From Octopus vulgaris (Eukaryota), in contig OX597825.1 of assembly GCA_951406725.2 (NCBI GenBank), forward strand, positions 51,522,001 to 51,586,000: 64,000 nt of DNA. The letters run 5' to 3'. Below, piece after piece: positions 13,270-22,800 of the stretch (position 1 is the first letter of the stretch; the number at the start of each line of letters is the position of its first letter). A program made the translations under genes and the position numbers. The notes below the pieces were generated by a model. It was not told the DNA's origin and ran no database searches. It was given only the letters and a program-made list of their open reading frames with translations.

Positions 13270-14364
13270 TATTCCTTTCAACTGTGCGATACAATCGGAT
13301 ATACAGAACAAATTCAAAGTAATTCTGGAAAAAAATTTCCCTATCTCTCATAGATATCATAGAATTATTTTTAGGAAAACAGTTAGGATTTCTTATTCAA
13401 CCCTCCCAAATATGTCCACTTTAATAGCTAAGATTAATAATAACAACATTAAACTAGCCAGGAAAGATAGAAATAAAAATAATAATATCAGCATGAATAC
13501 CAATAGCAATTATAATAATACTACCAACAATAAAAACAGCAATAGTAACTATCAAAACATAGGTGAAATTAGTAACCACAGAATGACTAATAACATTAAC
13601 ATTAATAGTAATAATAACAATACCGATATTAATAGAAGTAATAATGTTAATAATAGAAATAATAGAAATAAGGCTAATGGAGAAAATAAGGAGAATGAAA
13701 ATATCAGTGATATCTATAACAACAATATACAGTCGGATAAAAAGACTAACAATAATAGTAACATTACCAATAATATAAGAAATCATGGTAGGACTTTAGA
13801 CCTAAATGATGAAATAGAAGGACCAATAAATAATAGCAATACTTTAGATACCAGCACCAACTATAGAAATGATAATCAAAATAATAGGAACCTAAGACAT
13901 CTACCCAGGAATAATCTAAAGCCTGAAGTTGTTCCTCCTGTGTGTAAGTGTAGAATAAAATCAAAATGCCCGGCACCTGGTCTATGTGGGGAAAATAATT
14001 AATCTATAAATGTACCATATCCACGGAGAATAACAAATATTATTACATTGGATGTACAATTAATTTTTTAGCCAGAGTTAGAAATCACATCTCGTCTTTT
14101 AAATTACGTCATAAAGCTGGTACCACCACACTTTCAAACAAAATCTGGGAACTCAAAAATAATAATAATAATTATAACCTTAATTGGGAAATAGTTAGGA
14201 GAGCAATTCCGTATAAAAATAGTAGGGTTGGTTGCCAACTATGCTCCATGGAGACGTATGAAATTCTAAAGCATAGAAAACATAGAAACTTATTGAATAA
14301 CCATATCGAACTAGGTCAAGTTTGTGTCCACGCTAAATTGAAGACTTTAAAATATTTTAAATGA
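13270..14364 (+). pseudogene. PLE ORF C-terminal part: RT thumb, Asn-rich linker, Cys motif, GIY-YIG endonuclease (one frameshift near 13999)
   Basis: IPFNCAIQSDIQNKFKVILEKNFP..H..I..KTVRISYSTLPNM...CKCRIKSKCPAPGLC. Then from 13999 in the -1 frame: LIYKCTISTENNKYYYIGCTINFLARVRNHISSFK..TTLSNKIWELK..NWEIVRRAIPY..CQLCSMETYEI..LLN..E...CVH, ending TGA at 14362-14364. The motif layout resembles Naiad/Neptune-type PLEs. Confidence 0.9.
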
Positions 14365-15404
14365 TTAGAATATTCGTAACTAGATAGATAGATATAACTT
14401 GATTTCTACTAGTATAGCACTGCTTTAAGTAGATAACTAAGAGTTCTCACACTACAGTTATCTTTTTCCTTATATCTGCATCAGTTGTTTGAGAACAGGG
14501 AAATGAATAGTACTTATACGCTGCTTAATTGAGACTTTATTTAATTTCAAACTCATAATTTTAAATTCTTAATTTTAAATCTTAATTGTGATTTTTAATT
14601 TTAATTCCTAACTTAATCTAATTTAAGTAGCATAACTCTAATAAAATAAAATGAGTTACTATAGCCCCATAATTCTATTTCAAAATTAAATAAATAAGGC
14701 TACTCCCTCGGTGATAATATGATTATCTTCATTATGATAGACAATCCCCTAACACCATGTAAATGATCTTCTAAGATTTGACCTGTAGTCCGTCATTGTA
14801 TGAATAATAAAGGCAACTCCTTAAGACAATATAATGAATAAATTAAATAAGTAAACTTTAATGACTTTTTGATAAGATTATACTTAGATTTTCCTAATGT
14901 ATTTTCTTTTGATTTTAGCATCTGACCCCTAAACCCCTGACTGTGTTATCTCTTTAGATTCTCTTTAAATTCATAGCTGATTTCAACAGCAATAAATTAG
15001 CTGTGTTACTGGTCAAAGAATAATATTCTCCTCTAGTTCCTAGATGCCTGTAAATTAAAACCAGACTTGCCGTCTACTAATTCTTCTGTATAACTAGAAC
15101 CCTCTTTTTTCTTTTTTTTCTTTTTCTTTTTTTCCCTTCTTTCCCTATTTCTTTCTCTTTCTCTTTTTTCTTTTTCTTCTTCCTATTCTCTTTTTCCTTT
15201 TCTCTTCTCTTTTAGTCCCCCTCCCCCCCTTTTTGCTCCCTCCTCCTTTATTTTCTCTCTTTTCTTCTATTCCCTTCCCTTTTCTATTCTTTGCCTCTCT
15301 AGAAAGCCCTTCAGCCTTTAAAAGTTAAATAGCTACAGCCTCTTGTGAGTAGCAGTAATGTGATTAATGTGGCAAATACCTAATCATATAACAAGAACTG
15401 ATAC

Positions 15405-15685
15405 CTACCTCATTGTGTTCAACCATTGATAAATTTATCGCCTGTGAATATGAAATTCCTCTTCATTTCTCTGGAAATTTACATCTACACCATTGGAAAT
15501 TGTGCATCTATACAAAGGATTAATTCACCCTCTCTGTAATGCTAATAAGCAGGAATTGAAACCCACCTTGTTGTGATTAACAATGGATAAATTTGTCGTC
15601 TGTGAGTATGTAATACCTCATCATATCTCTGGAAATTCATATGTGCACTATGGATTAGGTCACCTTCTCTGTGATGCTATTAAAA
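15405..15685 (+). repeat. Diverged tandem duplication (~160 bp period) in the PLE 3' UTR
   Basis: aac.at.gataaattt.tcg.ctgtga.tatg.aat.cctc.tcat.tctctggaaatt and cacc.tctctgt.atgcta.taa each occur twice. Confidence 0.8.
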
Positions 15686-15829
15686 CTTTTCTAAAATTCT
15701 GTGATAAGACTGTACATCATCTTTAAAGAACTTTAATGAACTTTGGAAATCTGTTTATGTTACTTAATTATCTACATTACTTCATGAGTATAGCCTCAAC
15801 CAATAGGATGTCTAGAGAACTCACATGTA

Positions 15830-15920
15830 TTTTAGCTGATGAGTACGGGACACGTTTATATGCTGTAATTTTTGCAACTTTTAATAAAGCCTGTCCTTGT
15901 ATGAAACGATTGTACTAAAA
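15830..15920 (+). ncRNA. Type I minimal hammerhead ribozyme (PLE-associated)
   Basis: ttttag-CTGATGA-[gtacgggaca...tgtccttgtat stem II]-GAAA-cgattg-TA-ctaaaa. Stem I is ttttag/ctaaaa, the triplet is GUA, and stem III is short and near-palindromic. Confidence 0.85.
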
Positions 15921-15950
15921 ACCTATCCATTCTTGTTGCTTCTTTCTCGC

Positions 15951-15997
<47 letters not shown>

Positions 15998-16039
15998 TGT
16001 GTGTGTATGTGTGCGTATATATATATATGTATATAAAAT

Positions 16040-17028
16040 ACAATAAATGGAAATCGTCAAACATAGCAAGCAGGAAAAGGACGATAGCAGCACAACGGCA
16101 AACAGAACAAAACAAATACACATCATTTGCAGCCAATTGCTTGTTGAGCCGGAGTCTGGAATGTCTACATAGTTTCGCCCATTCCTCTCCGATACTACAC
16201 GAAACCAGTTGGACCAATGGCATAAGCTGAAGGACAGTAAGCCCGTGAGCAAGGCAAAACGAAAGTACAATATACAAACACAAGGAAATAACAAACAGAA
16301 AGGGTCCTTCGACTATTGGACTATGTAACATGGGATATAGAACTACACATATATAATAGAAAAAAGCATTTCGGCTATACAGCAAGAATAAAACAAAACA
16401 GACAGTCTTTCGACTATCAGACAGTATCGTAAGCTAGTGCTAGGAAAAAGGAAATTGAAACATCTTAACTAACCGGGTGGCGAGACAGAACAGATGCAGC
16501 TGACCTCAAAGGCAGCCAGCTGAAAAAGGAAGACAATGTATAAACCGGACGGCAATCACTTAGTAGAGGAGTGGAGGAGTTGAAAAAGGCACAGGGACTA
16601 AGGAACAGGAGAGAGGGGAAAGAAATTAGAGGGACCTAATAATGAAAGGGAGGGCTACCAGGATGTGAAGGGGAGAGAGAAAGAGAGAAACAAGGTAAAA
16701 GGGAAGTGGGGAAGGAAAGCCAAATAGATTGAGAGGTAAGAGGGAGGGGAAAGGGATTAAAGAATACGAGAGAGGGAAAATGAAATCAGTGGGATAGAGG
16801 AACGATGGGGAGAGAGACAGGGAGGGAAAGGAGAGATAGAAGAGAAAGAGCTAAGGAAGAAAAACGAGAGGGTGAGAGAGACAGAGGGAAAGAGAAGGAT
16901 GGAAAAGGGGTAAAACCAGGAAAAGTGGGTGAGAGTCGTACATAATATTTAAGGGGTATCTTTTATTACAAAGTAAACACCCAAGTGTACGTAGCGCTGC
17001 ATGGATAAATCAATGGTAAATGGCAGAA

Positions 17029-17030
<2 letters not shown>
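16040..17030 (-). mobile_element. Non-coding ~1 kb element between (TA)n tracts with a structured RNA motif and GA-rich interior (family B)
   Basis: Bounded by TA microsatellites. Motif at 16132-16255, purine-rich stretch at about 16560-16935, no credible ORF. The layout matches 12165-13092 and 20205-21377. Confidence 0.6.
16132..16255 (-). ncRNA. Putative permuted hammerhead-like structured RNA motif (family B copy)
   Basis: Minus: gucca...uguag-UA-ucggagaggaaugggC-GAAA-cuauguagacauuccaga-cuccgg-CUCAACA. The loop is 16 nt and the spacer 18 nt. ucggag/cuccgg and gucca/ugggc pair. Confidence 0.45.
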
Positions 17031-17079
<49 letters not shown>

Positions 17080-17081
<2 letters not shown>

Positions 17082-17545
17082 ATTTTATTATGTTTAAATA
17101 TTGTTTGATAAATTTGTTCGAAATTTTTACCGGCATCCTCTCTGTCGCCGAGTATAATCTGCGTCTGCGCAGTGGTTTGAAAAGATAGGATTTACAAACC
17201 GTTAGTTCTACATGTGGATCTAGCGGTCTGTATGTCTGAAATCTAAAGGCTGTCCCACTGAAGAAAACTGGCCTTCAGCAAATATTTTTTTGCTGGAAAT
17301 AGTTAGAAACCGCGGTCTGGGAGATAGTTGAAATGGTAAACGTTTTTAATTTTCATTCCTTTCGTGAATTTATCCTTTATTGTGGTCTTGAGATTTCTAC
17401 TGATCTTTCTAGCAGAACGCTTTCCTATTTGGAAGCTTCTTATTGTATTTCTATAAGAATATTATATAGTCTAATTAATGACTAATTCGTTTATTGTGCT
17501 AGGCCACTGGTAATAATAATTTATTATTACCCTATTTTATTATGT
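17080..17545 (+). mobile_element. Short PLE terminal (pseudo-LTR-like) fragment between (TA)n tracts
   Basis: Contains a canonical hammerhead followed by a T-rich tail, with TA repeats on both sides. Confidence 0.65.
17253..17322 (+). ncRNA. Type I minimal hammerhead ribozyme
   Basis: tccca-CTGAAGA-[aaact..cagcaaa/tttgctg..agtta]-GAAA-CCGCGG-TC-tggga. Stem I is tccca/tggga, stem III is palindromic, and the triplet is GUC. Confidence 0.85.
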
Positions 17546-17574
17546 TTATATATATATTATGTTTATATATATAT

Positions 17575-17614
<40 letters not shown>

Positions 17615-17616
<2 letters not shown>

Positions 17617-17973
17617 CACCAACTAATACATACTAATACATACTAATACATACTAATACATACTAATACATACTAATACATACACCAACCCCATACATAC
17701 ACACGTCCAGACCTCTCATACGTACTAATACTCTCTCATACACACACACACACACACCCTTATACATACTAATACGTACTAATACATACTAATACATACT
17801 AATACACCAACCCTATACATACACACGTCCAGGCCTCTCATACGCACTAATACTCTTTCATACACACACACACACACACACCCTTATACATACTAATACA
17901 TACACCAACCCTATACATACACACGTCCAGACCTCTCATACGCACTAATACTCTCTCATACACACACACCCTT
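17615..17973. repeat. (CATACTAATA)n minisatellite within a three-copy compound tandem repeat
   Basis: 10-bp units plus a repeated block caccaaccc.atacatacacacgtccag.cctctcatacg.actaatactct...(CA)n-cccttat. Confidence 0.9.
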
Positions 17974-17974
17974 A

Positions 17975-18275
17975 TGTTGGAGCTGGTCACTCAACCCTAT
18001 TATCTCCCCTAATTTCGCTCTCGCGTCTCATATTTGATCTTTGACTTCTGGCCGAAATCAGATCGCCATGTTGGTTCGTTAGTTACTGCACGCATTTTTT
18101 TCTCTCCTTCTTTCCGTGTTTTTTTCTCTCTGTGTATCTTTCTGTTGAAGAGCGTAGGCTCGAAACGTTAAAGACTTGTTTTATTTATATTTCCTGAGCG
18201 CCATACTAATACAATTGTTTGTTTGTTTTCCACCTGCCTTCGTCTTTTGTCTATTTTCATAAAGCTTCCCGTTAA
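17975..18275 (+). mobile_element. PLE terminal fragment with variant hammerhead
   Basis: Pyrimidine-rich segment carrying the 18137-18174 motif and ending at a TA run. Confidence 0.55.
18137..18174 (+). ncRNA. Variant minimal hammerhead ribozyme
   Basis: tcttt-CTGTTGA-a-gagc(gtag)gctc-GAAA-cgtt-aaaga. Stems I and II are perfect, but the core deviates (A6 to U, plus one extra A). Confidence 0.6.
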
Positions 18276-18289
18276 ATATATATATATAC

Positions 18290-18546
18290 ACTTTATAATT
18301 AGGGTTCAGCAAAGATTTGCTTTATCACATACCGAAGTTTAGAAATAGCAGCCAAAGAACCTTAGCTATTTCCTCTACTTTAAAAAGAGACTTCCGGATT
18401 GTTTTCGAGTACTTTGTTTTTTTTTTTCTTCCGGGAGTCTCTTTTAAAATAGAGGAAATAGCTAAGATTCTTTGGCTGCTATTTCTAAACTTCGGTATGC
18501 TATTTCTATACTTCAGCAAATCTTTGCTGAACCCTAATTATAAAGT
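18290..18546. repeat. Long inverted repeat (foldback), arms ~110 bp, spacer ~30 bp
   Basis: actttataattagggttcagcaaagatttgc...gagacttccgga mirrors tccgggagtctc...gcaaatctttgctgaaccctaattataaagt. ORFs 18317+ and 18325- give near-identical peptides. Confidence 0.95.
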
Positions 18547-18667
18547 ATTACTTAAGTTTACCGTGAGATGGTCCTTTTTCATGCCGAATTCTACATGGTA
18601 AAATTATTGATTACTAATTAATTAATTAATTTTACCCTTTGTTATTATTTATATATATATATAAAGT

Positions 18668-18996
18668 GAGGGCGCGTGGCTTAGTGGTTAGGGCATTCGG
18701 CTCATGATCGTAAGGTTGTGAGTTCGATTCCCGGCGACGCGTTGTGTCCTTGAGCAAGACACTTTATTTCACGTTGCTCCAGTCCACTCAGCTGGCAAAA
18801 ATGAGTTGTACTTGTACTTGTACTTCAAAGGGTCAGCCTTGTCACTCTCTGTGTCACGCTGATTATCCCCGAGAACTACGTTAAGGGTACACGTGTCTGT
18901 GGAATGCTCAGCCATTTGCACGTTAATTTCACGAGCAAGCTGTTCCGTTGATCGTATCAGCTGTGACCCTCGTCGTCGTAACCGGCGGAGTCTTTT
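18668..18996 (+). mobile_element. tRNA-derived SINE with CORE/V-like central domain, apparently young and complete
   Basis: A box TGGCTTAGTGG, B box GTTCGATTCCC, then gtgtccttgagcaagacacttt...ccactcagctggcaaaaatgagt. TA runs lie on both sides. Confidence 0.85.
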
Positions 18997-19043
<47 letters not shown>

Positions 19044-19096
19044 GGTATCCGTATGTTCGTGCACCGACACGCCGCTGCCAATATTTCGAACTTCAA

Positions 19097-19317
19097 TACG
19101 AGGAGATGCTGAAAAGTTCCTCACTTTCAGGATGTCACGAAAGGCCTGATTGGAAGTCCAACCGTTTGAGTTCTTTAACGGGGCTTAGAAAATCTGAAGC
19201 GTCGCTGCAATCAGCGTGTGAAATTGAGAGGGGAATATGTTAAATAGAATTATAATTAACTGATCGTCCTGTATTTGTTTTTACCCAAAATCAGAAACTT
19301 TTCAGAACCCCTTCGTC
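19097..19317 (+). mobile_element. Mariner-derived MITE (~220 bp internal deletion derivative)
   Basis: TIRs tacgaggagatgctgaaaagttcct / agaaacttttcagaaccccttcg. The interior keeps the transposase C-terminus NLKRRCNQRVKLRGEYVK*. Confidence 0.75.
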
Positions 19318-19774
19318 TATGAGGTATAGTTTACATAAGTTGTGCAACGCAGTACACTGGCTATACTCAGATACCTCCTCGATTTTACATAACATCACTT
19401 CCGCTACGTTATTACATTTGTCTATATGGTTTCATGCTATGTACACATTTCTGTTTGAGATTTATTTTATACCATCAAGTTATCACCAATATTTACCAGT
19501 TTATCAATTTATTTTCCTTATTTTGTCTGATTTTCTTCTTTGCTTTTCATCATTTGTTATTATTTTTTTCTTTTTCATGAATTTACATCACCATTAGAAT
19601 TCACATTCCTTTTAACTAAATTTTTGCTGAATGATATTTTTGCATTTATATTTAGAATTATGCTGCATTTATAACGATAGACCAAGTGTATCCACTTTTA
19701 TGTCAAACAGTTTACGCAACCAACGAACAAGTATTTAAATGAAACTGAACATGGCTTTGAGTGAATCTATGCAT

Positions 19775-19874
<100 letters not shown>

Positions 19875-19977
19875 GTGTGTGTCTATGTGTACGCGCCCGC
19901 GTTTGTGTGTGCGTGTGTATATGTATGTATATATGTATGTATGTATATATATGTATATGTGTGTGTGTGTGTGTGTA

Positions 19978-20162
19978 GAAGGTTGAAAGGGAACACACGA
20001 GTTGAGATATATGGAACAAAAGTCAGGATAGAAAATGCTAAAATAATTTCTTTTAATTTTTCCAAAATTTAATTGTTTTCCATAATTACAGTTGAAATTA
20101 TGAATGAAATGTTTTTTTTTATAAAATTATTTTAGCATTTTCTATCTTGACTTTTTTTCCAT

Positions 20163-20165
<3 letters not shown>
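19978..20165. repeat. Inverted pair of PLE termini (same family as 63166-63340)
   Basis: 20008-20049 is the reverse complement of 20124-20165, and both match 63181-63240. Confidence 0.85.
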
Positions 20166-20211
<46 letters not shown>

Positions 20212-20283
20212 AAAGTAAAAAAATATACAAACTGGGACAAGAACGTGAAACATTTAGAAGACGACACAAAAAACACGGACGGG

Positions 20284-20429
20284 ACATTCGAAGCCTTCAA
20301 TCTTCAGTCAAGAACCGGATCATCTTCGCAATTTCGGCTGATTAATCTTGAGATTGCTCCGACCTGGGCAGCCCCAAAGGAAAATCTAAGCCAAGCGCAT
20401 TAGATTCCTTGGAAGAAAGCCTCGAATGT
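20284..20429 (-). ncRNA. Putative permuted hammerhead-like structured RNA motif (family A, copy 1)
   Basis: Minus: 15-bp outer stem acauucgaggcuuuc/gaaggcuucgaaugu, whose G-U pairs fix the strand. Inside: ggcug...gcaa-UC-ucaagauuaaucagcC-GAAA-uugcgaagaugauccggu-ucuuga-CUGAAGA. Confidence 0.55.
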
Positions 20430-21130
20430 ATACAAAACAAGGACGGAAAACGGACGATGTTACACGAATAAAAATACAAAAATGTGTAAAAACAATAATG
20501 ATAGCACGAATAAGAATACAAAATACGTAAAAACAATAATGATAATAATAATAACAAAACCAGGACGTCAAAGACAAGCGTCTTTTTGACAGGACGAGTA
20601 TAGTTTTGAGCTGGCTATAGAAGAGTCACTTAAGGCCACAGCGAGGCAAACAAGTGTGTCTTACCACAATGACTGCTGGACGCGAAAAGGCAGTAGTCGG
20701 TGGCTGGTCATGTGAGGAAAAAAGAGAGGAAAAAGAGGGACAGATGAGGAGAGAAAGAAGGGGAACAAGGAACAAAGGAGGAGAAGAAAGAGAGGGAAAG
20801 AGACAGATCAAGTGGAGTGTAAGGTGTGAGAGGCAGAGAAATGTAGGAGAGGGTGACATATGAAGAGAGAAAGAAGGGGAACAAGGGAGGAGAAGAAAGA
20901 GAGAGAAAGAGACAGATCAAGGGGAGTGCAAAGTGTGAAGGCAGAGAAATGTAGGAGAGGGGGGAGAGACAGTGTTGTAGAGTCGTACCATGTGTTAAAG
21001 AATATATACTTACGTATAGGGTTAAAAAGGGGTACGTAGTCGCTTATGTACATATGTAAAAGTAAAAAAATATACAAACTGGGACAAGAACGTGAAACAT
21101 TTAGAAAATGACACAAAAAACACGGATGGG

Positions 21131-21276
21131 ACATTCGAAGCCATCAATCTTCAGTCAAGAACCGGATCATCTTCGCAATTTCGGCTGATTAATCTTGAGA
21201 TTGCTCCGACCTGGGCAGCCCCAAAGGAAAATCTAAGCCAAGCGCATTAGATTCCTTGGAAGAAAGCCTTGAATGT
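21131..21276 (-). ncRNA. Putative permuted hammerhead-like structured RNA motif (family A, copy 2)
   Basis: Same motif 847 bp away. The core elements are unchanged and the differences fall in the outer stem. Confidence 0.55.
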
Positions 21277-21479
21277 AAACAAAACAAGGACGGAAAACGG
21301 ACGATGTTACACGAGTAAAAATACAAAAATGCGTAAAAACAATAATGATAGCACGAATAAGAATACAAAATACGTAATGATCTCTGGTTTTTATGTTGAT
21401 GATCAGCCGTTTGCCAATCGGGAGTTAAATTAGTAGCTCACAGTTGATACTAACGCTAACTTACTATTCTTCTAAGTTC

Positions 21480-22800
21480 GCCTTAAAAAAGCTCTGCACA
21501 AATCTTAAGAATTTTGACGTACTTTTGGCTGGAATTCTACGCGTGGCTACATCAAAACTGCATCGGTGATACATTCAGATTCTTCCTCCCTGAATAGTTT
21601 GATATACTGCCTCGACTTTTCATATCACTACCGATTACAAAACTGCATTCACATTGATGCTAACTTAATCCTTGCCTTAATCTCTGAAGGTTTTGCAAAG
21701 AGACAACTTTTAATTGGTTCTAGAAGCTGTGGATACAGTAAATATAGGGTCTACCGTGTAGTAATTCTTCTGAATATTTGCTTGCTCATTCAGCTGCTCG
21801 TCATCAAGATGTTTTGGTAACATAAGACATTTGTGAATATGTTATACGGGTGTGGTAAGAAAAACATGAAGCGATAATTACTCTGATTTTCTTTATCACT
21901 TCATAAATCAAGAAAGTATTCGGTTCCTTCCATAGCGAAGGGTTTTGACTTCTTTAATATATTAATTGTAACCAGAGTGAAGAATTTCTACAGCTGTTTG
22001 TTTTTCCCGGTTCTTTATATTTTCGTTGTTATATAATCATACATTGGCGCTTTATCTCCCTACGTCTACATTTAATCATTTTCTTTCTCCCAGGCCAGAA
22101 TAGGTAGCATTTCTTGTAATCTCAGTCTTTTTCAATCATGGCTGACACTCGATCATCCATCGCCACAAATACAGAAAATGTCCACAGACATCCTCCACTT
22201 CATTTTATCACTCACCATGATCCATATTTGCTCTCCAGTGCCGTCACCGCCGATATACCTAATGCTATCCCTCTTCTGACTACTTTTAGGCTTTTCTTCT
22301 CTACAGCAGACTGCATCAGCTTCTTCATGCCAAAAGTTCCGAAGTCTGTTTTTAGTTCTTGTCTTATCGTCTTTCACAGAATGAAATAGTGAAGGTGATC
22401 TTTCATTTTCTTATTCGTCCTTCGTTTCACTATATCCCCGCGATCCTCCGTTCTCTCCCGGAAGCTTTACAGTTTTTCATTTTAACATCAGGCTTTCATG
22501 TTTTGATTCCAGTTTTCCTTCTCAATAGAATTCGTCAGCTTCTTAATATTGAAGACCATGATGTGTCGGACATTCATCGAAATGAGATATGCATTTTCTC
22601 TCTAATCTCATCCATGACGAGCTTTACTCGTATCAAGTGATGTTTGCTGCCTGTGTTCAATGGCACAATGTCTGAGATATTCTGCAATATACGTCGTTTG
22701 TCTGTTAGAATGTCGTCAATATTACTTCGAGGCTGAGCAGATAATGTGAATAGTCAGGTCCTTCTCATTGAAGATCGTTTCTTGAATAGTCTCGTTCCGA
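21480..22800 (-). mobile_element. RTE-like LINE remnants (APE C-terminus and RT N-terminus), heavily decayed
   Basis: Manual minus translation: SNIDDILTDKRRILQNI..NTGSKHHLIRVKL (APE end) and WKEPNTFLI..DKENQSNYR..PYNIFTNVL..HLDDEQLNEQANIQKNYYTVDPIFTV (RT start). Confidence 0.7.

Larger units (their letters stand above)
13270..15950 (+). mobile_element. Penelope-like retroelement, 5'-truncated (RT thumb, linker, GIY-YIG, long 3' UTR, terminal hammerhead), between (TA)n tracts
   Basis: Coding remnant at 13270-14364, hammerhead at 15830-15920, TA runs at about 13255-13268 and from 15952. Confidence 0.88.
20205..21377 (-). mobile_element. Non-coding element with 326-bp near-identical direct repeats (847-bp period), retrozyme/pLTR-like (family A)
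   Basis: 20205-20530 matches 21052-21377 with few substitutions. The GA-rich interior has its own ~120 bp duplication, the element starts at a (TA)n tract, and each repeat holds the structured motif. Confidence 0.85.

Noticed and set aside
13270-14700. Selenoprotein-type PLE (in-frame UGA plus SECIS), as known for some Naiad elements
   Set aside because: No in-frame TGA in the retained coding part other than the terminal stop, and no SECIS recognisable by eye.
16365-16400. Second possible UA-16nt-GAAA motif in family B
   Set aside because: The spacing fits but the closing stem does not pair.
17615-17973. Regularly spaced repeats resembling a CRISPR array
   Set aside because: The intervening sequences are themselves repeated microsatellites, there are no unique spacers or cas genes, and the context is eukaryotic.
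18671-18745. tRNA-Met gene
   Set aside because: The acceptor and anticodon stems pair poorly and the sequence runs directly into a SINE body.
20328-20357. HDV-like ribozyme reading of the family A motif (CGAA followed by a P2-like strand)
   Set aside because: Only about 16 nt lie between the P2-like strands, too few for P3, P1 and P4.
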